Shown: positions 49,104 through 61,325, counted from the whole stretch's first letter. The stretch: DNA of 63,956 bases, filler included, from Vicugna vicugna (GCA_013265495.1; 80 parts of 79 records of this genome joined end to end with filler, not necessarily neighbours in it); one strand, 5' to 3'. A program made the numbers and translations. Notes: a model not told the origin generated them from the letters alone.

Positions 49104-49122
49104 CAGCCACCAGGGGGCGCAC
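49104..49122 (+). promoter_or_regulatory. Consensus-like CTCF binding motif
   Basis: cagCCACCAGGGGGCGCac matches the CTCF core CCACCAGGGGGCGC exactly, in a GC-rich scaffold. Confidence 0.55.
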
Positions 49123-49746
49123 AAGGCACAAAGAAGCTGGGGGACAGAGGAGGGGCTGCCGCGGCAAGGGACCGGAAGCTGTCCAGTGGGTCAGTTGGAG
49201 GCAAGTGATGAGCGCCGTGGTGGATGTTGGGCGGGGGCNNNNNNNNNNNNNNNNNNNNNNNNNNNNNNNNNNNNNNNNNNNNNNNNNNNNNNNNNNNNNN
49301 NNNNNNNNNNNNNNNNNNNNNNNNNNNNNNNNNNNNNNNNNNNNNNNNNNNNNNNNNNNNNNNNNNNNNNNNNNNNNNNNNNNNNNNNNNNNNNNNNNNN
49401 NNNNNNNNNNNNNNNNNNNNNNNNNNNNNNCCCCATGGCACCTGGTCTGACAGGCTCCGGGGAAATACACTGCCTTTGGCTAGGCCTTGTCCCAGGCTGA
49501 TGTGACCTTTGCCGGTCCCCAGGTCCTTTCAACATGAGGGGCAAAGTGAGGTCAGCACTGGAAGCCTGGCTTCCATGAGACATCCTTCGCCAACTGGCTA
49601 TACTGTCGGGACCCTTCCCAGGCTGTCCAGCACCTCCTCTGCCCCANNNNNNNNNNNNNNNNNNNNNNNNNNNNNNNNNNNNNNNNNNNNTTAATTAATT
49701 AANNNNNNNNNNNNNNNNNNNNNNNNNNNNNNNNNNNNNNNNNNNN

Positions 49747-50272
49747 ATAAAAGGAATATTTTCATCTAGAATCATGTACACATTTTCACAATCTTTCCTT
49801 AACACCAAATTCTAATACATGCATTTTTCACAGAAAAATTGTTCTCGAGCGATTTCCACCTAACAGATGTGTAATTTACATGAATTCCAACAACATGGCA
49901 TTCCGGGTTCCGTACATGCTACATGTATGACGGATTCGGCAATCATAAGTTTCTGGCTGGTGAGCATGTGGATTACTGACCTTTCATCCACCAAACAACG
50001 CGAATATAGGCTTAGAAACATTTACTCTGACTTCATAGTTTTTTCTATCACCAAGTTCTAAAATCGGACATTTGGCACCAAAAAACACTCTTTGAGCGAA
50101 TTCTCACAAATACACATGTAATTTACATTGAAAACCATGGCATTCCGTACTTCGAACATGTTTCATGCATCACGGATTCCTCAAACATGTATTTCTGAGT
50201 TTTGAACATGCGCATGACTTATGTTTGAAACACCAAACATGTTATATATGCACTCTGAAATATTTACTTTGA
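49747..50272. repeat. Satellite family C
   Basis: Monomer types 1-2-3 in the same order as 47711-48562. Confidence 0.92.
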
Positions 50273-50372
50273 NNNNNNNNNNNNNNNNNNNNNNNNNNNN
50301 NNNNNNNNNNNNNNNNTTAATTAATTAANNNNNNNNNNNNNNNNNNNNNNNNNNNNNNNNNNNNNNNNNNNN

Positions 50373-51184
50373 TATTATATAATTTGTGTTCATCATTCTA
50401 TATTCTATATTCTATATCCTGCATTCGTTATTTATATTGTATATTCTGTGTTCTACATTCTATAATCTAAATTCTATATTCATTATTCTGTATTCTATAT
50501 TCTAAACCCTGTGTTCTGCATTCCATGTTCTAAATTCTCGGTTCTGTATTCTGTTTTCCATATTCTACATTCTGTGTTCTACATTCTATATTCTGTATTC
50601 TATATTTTGCATTCCGTAAAAATCTACATTTATATTCTGTGTACTACATTCTATATTCAAAATTCTATATTCAGTATTCCGTATTCTATATTCTATACTG
50701 TGTGTTCTACATTCTGTATTCTAAATTCTATATTTAGCATACTATATTCTATATTCTAAATTCTGTGTTCTGCAATCCATTTTCTAAATTCTGGGTTCTA
50801 TATTCTCTATTCTATATTCTATATCTGAGTTGTACATTCTATATTCTAAATTCTATATTCAGTATTCTGTATTCTATATTCTATACTGTGTGTTCTACAT
50901 TCTGTATTCTAAATTCTATATTCAGTATTCTGTATTCTATATTCTATACTGTGTGTTCTACATTCTGTATTCTAAATTCTATATTCAGTATTCTGTATTC
51001 TATATTCTATACTGTGTGTTCTACATTCTGTATTCTAAATTCTATATTCAGTATTGTGTATTCTATATTCTGTGTACTATATTCCATGTTTTAAATGCTG
51101 GCTTCTATATTCTCTATTCTATATTATATTTTTGAGTTTATCATTCTATATTCTATATTCTATATACTGCATTCCGTATTCTAT
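50373..51184. repeat. Satellite family E including near-perfect 63-bp (9x7) tandem units
   Basis: ctatactgtgtgttctacattc at 50881, 50944 and 51007. Confidence 0.95.
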
Positions 51185-51284
51185 NNNNNNNNNNNNNNNN
51201 NNNNNNNNNNNNNNNNNNNNNNNNNNNNTTAATTAATTAANNNNNNNNNNNNNNNNNNNNNNNNNNNNNNNNNNNNNNNNNNNN

Positions 51285-51733
51285 AATTCAACACCCATTT
51301 ATGATAAATATTCTCACCAAAGTGGGTATAGAGGGAACAGATCTCAATATCATAAAAGCTATATATGACAAACCTACAGCCAGCATAGTACTCAACTGTG
51401 AAAAACTCAAAAGCTTTCCACTAAAATCTGGGACAAGACAAGGTTGCCCACTATCACCACTCCTATTCAACATTGTCTTGGAAGTCCTAGCCACAGCAAT
51501 CAGGCAAGAGAGAGGAAATAAAAGGGATCCAAACTGGAAAAGAAGAGGTAAAAGTGTGACTATATGCTGATGACATGTTACTATATATAGAAAACCCTAA
51601 AACATCCACACAAAATTACTAGAGCTGATTGAAGAATTCAGCAAGGTAGCAGATTACAAGATTAACGTTCAAAAATCAGTGGCATTGTTTTAAACTAATG
51701 ATGAATCAACAGAAAAAGAAAGTAAAGAAACAA
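51285..51733 (+). mobile_element. LINE-1 ORF2 reverse-transcriptase core fragment, inactivated
   Basis: IQHPFMI...[21 protein letters not shown] and a YADD motif (tatgctgatgac, ~51563); frameshift near 51510 and in-frame stops. Confidence 0.96.
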
Positions 51734-52299
51734 NNNNNNNNNNNNNNNNNNNNNNNNNNNNNNNNNNNNNNNNNNNNTTAATTAATTAANNNNNNNNNNN
51801 NNNNNNNNNNNNNNNNNNNNNNNNNNNNNNNNNATAACTTTTTATGGGTGAGAATCCATGATGTTGTAACTTGGACAAAAAACTAGGTCTTCTGCCATCT
51901 TGTCCACGTGGGTGAAGAGGCAACTGGGCAGGGAATGGCAGGGATCCATCTTGCTTGAGTTCCATGGTCTTGCCAGTTTTCATTGCTCAGCTGCCTTTAG
52001 TTTATGTCCATGGGGCCTCTCTTGTGAAGGTCACTCTGCCCTGATAGATTGAGTTTCTTATCAGTAAAATGCTCTGGACACACTCATATTTCCCAGAGTT
52101 TTCTGCTGACCTGTTGACACTTTATATAAATGAGACCTAAGAAACTGCTGAATATAAAATCCATATTGTTATTGTTTGCCCTCGAGTTCCAAAGGAATAG
52201 GATGTTGTCTCAGGCTGTCTAAAGCTAGAAGTGAACAAAGATAGATAGGGTGATAGGCTGTGGTGCTGGACCTCCACAGTTGAAGGGGATTTCCACCTT

Positions 52300-52410
52300 A
52301 GTTTTTAGAATCAGGCAGATGAGTCCAAATCTTGCCTTTACCAGTTATCTTTGTGACTTGTGGGAGAAACTACTTTTCTGTGTCCAATTTTCTTTATCTG
52401 TAAATAAGTT
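52300..52410 (+). mobile_element. MIR SINE fragment
   Basis: tttagaatcaggcagat.gagtccaaatcttg.ctttacc...tgtgacttg...tttc.ttatctgtaaa. Confidence 0.6.
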
Positions 52411-52579
52411 CAGTATTTATTGTNNNNNNNNNNNNNNNNNNNNNNNNNNNNNNNNNNNNNNNNNNNNTTAATTAATTAANNNNNNNNNNNNNNNNNNNNN
52501 NNNNNNNNNNNNNNNNNNNNNNNATGTCGCTTTATAAATACAAGATGCAGCCAGTATACTGTTGTTGTTCTTGTTTTAG

Positions 52580-52718
52580 GGAAAGAAAAGGTAACTATTC
52601 CTCCAGGATGTATGCTTTGGCCATGAAACTGAGGTCTAAAATCAAGTCAAAGGACTATGTCGAGTTAAAAACAAGAACTGGAAATGAAACAATCTATGTG
52701 CTGCATCCAGAGTGGTGA
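52580..52718 (+). CDS. Candidate terminal coding exon, product not identified (ERKGNYSSRMYALAMKLRSKIKSKDYVELKTRTGNETIYVLHPEW*)
   Basis: Strong acceptor gttcttgttttag| followed by a 45-codon open frame ending in TGA. Confidence 0.4.
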
Positions 52719-53383
52719 AGCAGAGGCTAGTGTGATACGCAGAAAGTATCCCAGCACGTTCTGGGTGCTTAACAAAAGTGCTCCTTGTTTCCGTTAAAGC
52801 TATATTATTTTTCAACCAAAGTGGCATATTGAACATGTATTCCTGGAAATTCCTGAAATCCATTCATTAGGCTTTCAGCTAGCTTCTCATGCACCTCCAC
52901 ATTCCAGAAGCCAACCCAACCCCANNNNNNNNNNNNNNNNNNNNNNNNNNNNNNNNNNNNNNNNNNNNTTAATTAATTAANNNNNNNNNNNNNNNNNNNN
53001 NNNNNNNNNNNNNNNNNNNNNNNNTATAAATTTGGTTGCTATTTAGTTCCCCTATCAATACCACAGAACTGATATTGCCTAGGATGGAGATACATCAATG
53101 CTTATGTGGAAATTAAATCTGTAACTTTTTCTTAAACTCCATGGCTTCCTTAACATCCCATTCCCCTTGGAATTTAGGGGTGTCTGGTATAAGAAACGAG
53201 AAACAGTTTAAGAAAATCCCGGCTAAGAATTACACAGCACAACCTCAGCTCAGAAGTATACAGCAGTAAAAAATGTTTAGAAGCAAAACTCCGTAACTAC
53301 TCTTAAAGAATTTTGTAAACCTGGGTCTGCCCAGATGTTTGCAAACTGGAAAGGTACTCCAATCACTTGACCGGTATGGGAAC

Positions 53384-53425
53384 CAGAGGCTGGTCAGCCT
53401 TTTCTGTAAAACCCAGAGAGTAAAT
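53384..53425 (+). mobile_element. Possible MER58-like hAT transposon 5' end
   Basis: cagaggctggtcagccttttctgtaaaacccagagagtaaat resembles the MER58 terminus; cut off by a gap. Confidence 0.35.
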
Positions 53426-54210
53426 NNNNNNNNNNNNNNNNNNNNNNNNNNNNNNNNNNNNNNNNNNNNNNNNNNNNNNNNNNNNNNNNNNNNNNNNNNN
53501 NNNNNNNNNNNNNNNNNNNNNNNNNNNNNNNNNNNNNNNNNNNNNNNNNNNNNNNNNNNNTTCTCTGTGGTGGGGAGCTTTGCCACAATGACTTGTTTCT
53601 TTGTTTCCATTGGTTTCTTTGTTTCCAACTTACTGCTCAAGCTCAGAACTTCAAGTGAGACTGGTCCTTCAGCATCCACGCAGAGAGAAAGCTGAGTGGG
53701 GGTGGGGACCCCACCTGACAGAGAAGAGAGATGGCTTGTCACCATGACATGAGACAATCACACCTTCCGGGGAGAAAGGGAACAAAGATAAGGGAGGGGA
53801 AGAGCAGTGGGACCCCTGGGTCACCTACCAGGCTTCTCTCCCTCCACGGCCACCCTGGGGGCCTGGGTGGTGTTGGAACTCAGCTACAGTGATTAGGCTG
53901 AGGGGACACAGGATAATGGACCCTCTGTCTCCACACCAGGTTCCAAGCTCAGCCCCTCTAACTCTACGCTCTATGTTTCTGGAACTCACCTGGAATAATA
54001 CATGATCAGTCCAGACCCAGAGCCCAAACACGACAAGGGTCACGTGGGGTTGTAACGCCGTGCTGAGTGGTCGGGGTCTCCTTGCAAATCTGCAGAAATC
54101 CCTGTTCTGCNNNNNNNNNNNNNNNNNNNNNNNNNNNNNNNNNNNNNNNNNNNNTTAATTAATTAANNNNNNNNNNNNNNNNNNNNNNNNNNNNNNNNNN
54201 NNNNNNNNNN

Positions 54211-55201
54211 CTGAGCGTGGGGAGGTTCCACCAACATTCGGCAGCGCGTGGGTTCGAACGGAATGCCGAAGGTCGTCTCCCCTGAGAGTTTCCCTAATGT
54301 CTCTGTGCCAGGGAATGCTACGGGTGATTGCAGGATATCCCAGTGAACGAGGCTGCCTCCCCAATGTCAGGGAAGGTATTTCCTGGACTTTCCCCAACAG
54401 GGAACNNNNNNNNNNNNNNNNNNNNNNNNNNNNNNNNNNNNNNNNNNNNNNNNNNNNNNNNNNNNNNNNNNNNNNNNNNNNNNNNNNNNNNNNNNNNNNN
54501 NNNNNNNNNNNNNNNNNNNNNNNNNNNNNNNNNNNNNNNNNNNNNNNNNNNNNNNNNNNNNNNNNNNNNNNNNNNNNNNNNNNNNNNNNNNNNNNNNNNN
54601 NNNNNNNNNNNNNNNNNNNNNNNNNNNNNNNNNNNNNNNNNNNNNNNNNNNNNNNNNNNNNNNNNNNNNNNNNNNNNNNNNNNNNNNNNNNNNNNNNNNN
54701 NNNNNNNNNNNNNNNNNNNNNNNNNNNNNNNNNNNNNNNNNNNNNNNNNNNNNNNNNNNNNNNNNNNNNNNNNNNNNNNNNNNNNNNNNNNNNNNNNNNN
54801 NNNNNNNNNNNNNNNNNNNNNNNNNNNNNNNNNNNNNNNNNNNNNNNNNNNNNNNNNNNNNNNNNNNNNNNNNNNNNNNNNNNNNNNNNNNNNNNNNNNN
54901 NNNNNNNNNNNNNNGGAACACCTGTGACTGAAGAGAGTTGCGTGGAGTTGTCTCTCGAGCTCCCCCACGCACTGACAATGGTTCCGGAATCCTGAGCGTG
55001 GGGAGGTTCCACCAACGGTCGGCAGAACGTGGGTTCTAACGGAATGCCTAAGCTCCTCTCCCTGAGGGTTTTCCTAAAGTTTCTGTGCCAGGGAAAGATA
55101 GGCGGTTTTGCAGGATTTCCCAGTGACAGAGGCTGCCTCCCCAATGTCATTGAATTTATTTCTCGGACTTCCCCGATCAGCGAACACCTGTGAATGAAGA
55201 G
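54211..55201. repeat. Satellite family A
   Basis: A consensus on both sides of a gap. Confidence 0.95.
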
Positions 55202-55301
55202 NNNNNNNNNNNNNNNNNNNNNNNNNNNNNNNNNNNNNNNNNNNNTTAATTAATTAANNNNNNNNNNNNNNNNNNNNNNNNNNNNNNNNNNNNNNNNNNN
55301 N

Positions 55302-56079
55302 CACAACCTGGGAACACCTGTGCTCCTTGAGAAATGCGTGGACTCTATTTCCCCACAACCAGCACACACATGAAGAATTGCTCTGGTATCCGGAGTGTGG
55401 GGAGGCACCTCCAACTGACAGCAGCATCTGGGATCTAATAGGATCCCTTAGGTTGACTTCCGTGTGTGTTTTCCAAGGAACGGCTGGGAGCGAAGGCGGG
55501 GGTTGGGCTCTAAAGCCAAGTAATAGCGATTGCCTCTCTATGGGCAGTGGAGGTGTTTAAAGTACATTCCCTCCCTGGGAACACCTGTGCCCCCATAAAG
55601 TTGCGTGGACTATGTATCCCCAAAACCTTCATACACATAAAGGCTTGTTCAGGTATCCTGAATATGGGGAGACTCCTCCAACTGACAGCAGCGCCAGGGT
55701 TCTAATAGAAACCCAAAGCTTTTCTTCCCTGATGGCATGCCTAGGCTGGAGTGTGGGGGAAAGTGGGGTTTGGGCTTGAAGTCCAAGGAGCAACGAGTGC
55801 CCCCTGATTTACTGGGGAAGTACTTAGAGGATTTCACCCTAAAATGGAACACCTGTGCCCCCATTCACCTGCGTGGACTGGGTCTCCACAACTCCCCCCC
55901 NNNNNNNNNNNNNNNNNNNNNNNNNNNNNNNNNNNNNNNNNNNNNNNNNNNNNNNNNNNNNNNNNNNNNNNNNNNNNNNNNNNNNNNNNNNNNNNNNNNN
56001 NNNNNNNCCTGATCCCTAGGCCGGGATGCTAGCGAAACTGGGGGTTGTGCTTGGAGGCCAAGTAGCAGCTTGTGCCAAC
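55302..56079. repeat. Satellite family B
   Basis: Monomer order matches 59961-60551. Confidence 0.92.
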
Positions 56080-56179
56080 NNNNNNNNNNNNNNNNNNNNN
56101 NNNNNNNNNNNNNNNNNNNNNNNTTAATTAATTAANNNNNNNNNNNNNNNNNNNNNNNNNNNNNNNNNNNNNNNNNNNN

Positions 56180-56772
56180 TGCCTGCCGTTTTCACTGTAA
56201 AACCGAGTTGGGGCTTGTATCTCAACATATATATTTATGGAGTGGAGTTGGCAATAGAAAAGAAACTTTGTGTTCCCTTCAAGCTAGGTGAAGGACGGCT
56301 TTCACACACACTTATCTCTCAGAACTGAGCATGTGGAGAGACGTTCGTTCATCCAGCACAAAGGGAACGGGTTGCAGCAGAAACACTTACTCTGAGTTCT
56401 GATTCTGTTTCCTAGTGCCGGTTCAAATGCCTGCCGTTTTCACTGTAAAACCGAGTTGGAGTTTGTACCTCCCCATATATATGTATGGAGTGGAGTTTGC
56501 AACAGAAAGGAACTTTGTGTTCACTTCCAGCTAGGTGAACAACTGCTTTCACACACACTTATCTCTCAGATCTGAGCATGTGGAGAGACGTTCGTTCATC
56601 CAGCACAAAGGGAACGGGTTGCAGGAGAAACACTTACTCTGGTTTCTCAGTATGATTCCTAGTACCGGTTTGAAGTGCCGGCCGTTTTCACTGTAAAACC
56701 GAGTTGGAGCTTATTTATCCATATGGAAGGGAGTTTGAAACTGAAAAGAAACTTTGTGTTCCCTTCAAGCTA
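56180..56772. repeat. Satellite family D (248-bp period)
   Basis: tgcc(t/g)gccgttttcactgtaaaaccgagttgg at 56180, 56428 and 56676. Confidence 0.96.
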
Positions 56773-56872
56773 NNNNNNNNNNNNNNNNNNNNNNNNNNNN
56801 NNNNNNNNNNNNNNNNTTAATTAATTAANNNNNNNNNNNNNNNNNNNNNNNNNNNNNNNNNNNNNNNNNNNN

Positions 56873-58261
56873 CAGGATAGCAGAAAATTTCTTCATGTGT
56901 GTTCTGGTGGTGGGGATGCAGTGTCCACGCTTTTTTCCAGGAGCACAGGAATTCCCATGTTGTGGGGTTTAGTTAATAACCTCCAAATCCCATGGAGAAG
57001 CACTCGCTAATACTTGGATTTAGAGCCCAACCCACCCTTTCCCCAACACTCCGTATCAGGCAAACAAACAGGGTAGAGAAGTTATGCGATTCTATTAGAA
57101 CCAAGGCCCTGCTCTCAGTTGGTGGAGGCTGCCCACCCTCAGGATAACTGTTCAAGTGATCGTGTGTGTGCTGGAGGTGTGGAAACAGACTCCACGGATC
57201 TTTACGGGTGCACAGGTGTTCCCAGGTTAGGGATGTAGATTAAACACCTCCACAAACCATAGAGCGGTCATCGCAAATACTTGGTTTCGGAGCCCAAACC
57301 ACACTGTCCCCCGCACTCCCGCCTAGGCTTTCCATCATGGAAGACAAGCAAAGGGATTCAATTAGAACCCAGGCGCTGCTGTCAGTTGGAGGAAATTCCC
57401 TGCACTCAGAATTCCAGAACACATTCTTAGGTGTGGGAGAGATGTGCAGCCCCACTNNNNNNNNNNNNNNNNNNNNNNNNNNNNNNNNNNNNNNNNNNNN
57501 NNNNNNNNNNNNNNNNNNNNNNNNNNNNNNNNNNNNNNNNNNNNNNNNNNNNNNNNNNNNNNNNNNNNNNNNNNNNNNNNNNNNNNNNNNNNNNNNNNNN
57601 NNNNNNNNNNNNNNNNNNNNNNNNNNNNNNNNNNNNNNNNNNNNNNNNNNNNNNNNNNNNNNNNNNNNNNNNNNNNNNNNNNNNNNNNNNNNNNNNNNNN
57701 NNNNNNNNNNNNNNNNNNNNNNNNNNNNNNNNNNNNNNNNNNNNNNNNNNNNNNNNNNNNNNNNNNNNNNNNNNNNNNNNNNNNNNNNNNNNNNNNNNNN
57801 NNNNNNNNNNNNNNNNNNNNNNNNNNNNNNNNNNNNNNNNNNNNNNNNNNNNNNNNNNNNNNNNNNNNNNNNNNNNNNNNNNNNNNNNNNNNNNNNNNNN
57901 NNNNNNNNNNNNNNNNNNNNNNNNNNNNNNNNNNNNNNNNNNNNNNNNNNNNNNNNNNNNNNNNNNNNNNNNNNNNNNNNNNNNNNNNNNNNNNNNNNNN
58001 NNNNNNNNNNNNNNNNNCTCCACTGCCCACAGAGATGCACTCGCTAATACTTGGCTTTAGAGCCCATCCCCCACCATCGCTTACTGCTAGGCCTAGGAAT
58101 ACACTTAGGGAAATCAAGCTAAGGGATTCTATTAAAAGCCAGGTGCTGCTGTCTGTTGGAGGAACCTCCCCACACTCAGAACCCCAGAATACTTCTTCCT
58201 GTGTGTGCTGGTGGTGGGGAAACATAGCACTCGCATTTTTAAGGGGGCACAGTTATTCCAT
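56873..58261. repeat. Satellite family B (reverse orientation)
   Basis: B motifs; 57170-57372 is the reverse complement of 59473-59673. Confidence 0.92.
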
Positions 58262-58361
58262 NNNNNNNNNNNNNNNNNNNNNNNNNNNNNNNNNNNNNNN
58301 NNNNNTTAATTAATTAANNNNNNNNNNNNNNNNNNNNNNNNNNNNNNNNNNNNNNNNNNNN

Positions 58362-58798
58362 CTGTAGGCTGCACTCCCAGGTAGACAGGCAGGAGAGAGG
58401 CACACAAAGACACTCTAGCCTGCTCTCCCAGGTAGACAGGCACACAGAGACACTCTAGGCAGCACTCCCAGGTAGACAGGCACACAGAGACACTCTAGGC
58501 AGCACTCCCAGGTAGACAGGCANNNNNNNNNNNNNNNNNNNNNNNNNNNNNNNNNNNNNNNNNNNNNNNNNNNNNNNNNNNNNNNNNNNNNNNNNNNNNN
58601 NNNNNNNNNNNNNNNNNNNNNNNNNNNNNNNNNNNNNNNNNNNNNNNNNNNNNNNNNNNNNNNNNNNNNNNNNNNNNNNNNNNNNNNNNNNNNNNNNNNN
58701 NNNNNNNNNNNNNNNCACTCACAGGCACACACAGGCACTCTAGGCTGCTCTCACAGTTAGACCGGCACACAGAGACACTGTAGTCAGCACTCCCAGGT
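58362..58798. repeat. 40-bp minisatellite (CACTCTAGGCAGCACTCCCAGGTAGACAGGCACACAGAGA)
   Basis: Exact 40-bp period over 58430-58522, continuing after the gap. Confidence 0.93.
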
Positions 58799-59182
58799 NN
58801 NNNNNNNNNNNNNNNNNNNNNNNNNNNNNNNNNNNNNNNNNNTTAATTAATTAANNNNNNNNNNNNNNNNNNNNNNNNNNNNNNNNNNNNNNNNNNNNAC
58901 AGGAGGCCCAGGAGAAGGGACTCAAGGTTTTCCCGTGGTCTGAACTTTGAAGGGCTCGAGGTCTGGGGGAGCTCCTAGTTAGCAGACACACTTGCCAGTG
59001 AGCAGATGAGGATGGGGGAACCCAGGCAAGGCTGTTCTCACTCCAACTCCTGGGCTCTCGGGAGCCACGGGAAAGGCCTGTGTCCAGGGTACAGCCCGGC
59101 CATCACAGATCCCAGATGCCAACCCGGACAGCCTAGACTCCATCTACTTGAGACACTTATTTCTGTTCTGTTCCCCACCCAG

Positions 59183-59330
59183 AATGTGATGGACTCATTC
59201 AGATATTCTGGCCTGTCTCAAGCGAGACAAATTCAGTGAAAAATGAAGTGTCCACATTTGGACCAGAGCATGAAAGGAGAAACAAGGCCTCATGGTCAGC
59301 ATGCTGGTGGTGGCCAAACCCTTTCAACGG
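59183..59330 (+). CDS. Weak candidate exon, product not identified
   Basis: Acceptor ttctgttccccacccag|, open frame (E)CDGLIQIFWPVSSETNSVKNEVSTFGPEHERRNK..., donor CGG|GTGAGA. Confidence 0.25.
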
Positions 59331-59472
59331 GTGAGATGAACTATGGTGAGGGTGAGAATCCAAGGTCCTAGGNNNNNNNNNNNNNNNNNNNNNNNNNNNN
59401 NNNNNNNNNNNNNNNNTTAATTAATTAANNNNNNNNNNNNNNNNNNNNNNNNNNNNNNNNNNNNNNNNNNNN

Positions 59473-60551
59473 CCTGGGTTCTAATTGAATCCCTTTGCTT
59501 GTCTTCCATGATGGAAAACTAGGCGTGAATGCAGGGGAAAGTGTGGTTTGGGCTCCGAAACCAAGTATTTGCGATGACCTCTCTATGGTTTGTGGAGGTG
59601 TTTAAACTACATCCCTTACCTGGGAACACCTGTGCCCCAATAAATAACCGTGGAGTCTGTTTCCACACCTCCANNNNNNNNNNNNNNNNNNNNNNNNNNN
59701 NNNNNNNNNNNNNNNNNNNNNNNNNNNNNNNNNNNNNNNNNNNNNNNNNNNNNNNNNNNNNNNNNNNNNNNNNNNNNNNNNNNNNNNNNNNNNNNNNNNN
59801 NNNNNNNNNNNNNNNNNNNNNNNNNNNNNNNNNNNNNNNNNNNNNNNNNNNNNNNNNNNNNNNNNNNNNNNNNNNNNNNNNNNNNNNNNNNNNNNNNNNN
59901 NNNNNNNNNNNNNNNNNNNNNNNNNNNNNNNNNNNNNNNNNNNNNNNNNNNNNNNNNNNTTATTCTAGTATCCTGACTGTGGGGAGGCACCTCCCACTGA
60001 CAGCAGCATCTGGGATCTAATAGGATCCCTTAGGTTATCTTCCCTGAGTGTTTTCCAAGGACGGGATGGGAGCGAAGACGTGGTTTGGGCTCTAAAGCCC
60101 AGTAATTGCGAGTGCCTCTCTATGGGCAGTGGAGGTTTTTAAAGTACATTCCCTCCCTGGGAACACCTGTGCTCCCATAAAGTTGCGTGGACTATTTATC
60201 TCCAACAACAGCACACACACAAAGACTTGTTCATGTATCCAGAGTGTGGGGAGTCTCCTCAAACTGACAGCAGCGCCTGGGTTCTAATAGAATCCCTTAG
60301 CTTGTCTTACCTGATGGCATGCCTAGGCTGGAGAGTGGGGGAAAGTGGGGGTTGGGTTTGAACTCCAAGTAGGAACGAGTGCCCCCCGATTTACTGAGGA
60401 AGTACTTAGAGGATTTCACGCTCATGTGGAACACCTGTGCCCCCATTCATCTGCGTGGAATGGGTATCCACATCTCCCCAACACACAAGTGAACCAACAC
60501 ACAAGGGTGGGATCCGGAATCCTGAGTGTGTTGAAGATCCTCCAACTGACA
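59473..60551. repeat. Satellite family B
   Basis: Several diverged ~265-bp monomers. Confidence 0.92.
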
Positions 60552-60651
60552 NNNNNNNNNNNNNNNNNNNNNNNNNNNNNNNNNNNNNNNNNNNNTTAAT
60601 TAATTAANNNNNNNNNNNNNNNNNNNNNNNNNNNNNNNNNNNNNNNNNNNN

Positions 60652-61325
60652 GACCAGCTCAGGCATTCCGTTGGAACCCACGCGCGGCCGAGCGTTTGTG
60701 GAACCTCCCCATGCTCAGGGTTCCGGAAGCATTGTCAGCGCGTGGGGGAGCTCGTGAGACAGCTCCACGCATGTCTCTTCAGTCACAGGTGTTCCCTGTC
60801 TGGGGAAGTCCGAGAAATACCTTCCCTGACCTTGGGTAGGCAGCTTCTTTCCCTGGGATTTCCTGCAAAATCCCCGAGCATTCCGTGGCAAAGAGACATG
60901 AGGAAAATCCTCGGGAGTTCGAGCACAGGCATTCCCTTAGAACCCAAGGGCTGCCGACCGTTGGTGGAACCTCCCCACGCTCAGGATTCCGGAAACATTG
61001 TCATTGAGTGGGGGAGCTCGAGAGACAACTCCAGGCAGCTCTCTTCACTCACANNNNNNNNNNNNNNNNNNNNNNNNNNNNNNNNNNNNNNNNNNNNNNN
61101 NNNNNNNNNNNNNNNNNNNNNNNNNNNNNNNNNNNNTCCCTGGCACAGAGACATTAGGAAAACCCTCAGGGGAGACGAGCTTAGGCATTCCGTTAGAACC
61201 CACGCGCTGTCGACCGTTGGTGGAACCTCCCCACGCTCGGGATTCTGGAAAAATTTTCAGTACGTGGGGGAGCTCGAGACACAACTCCAAGCAACTCTCT
61301 TCAGTCACAGGTGTTCCCTGTTCGG
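60652..61325. repeat. Satellite family A
   Basis: A consensus, somewhat diverged, with a small deletion near 60915. Confidence 0.93.

Noticed and set aside
48905..49646. Multiple overlapping ORFs in a GC-rich scaffold
   Set aside because: Expected from GC content plus an N gap; no recognisable protein or convincing splice pair.
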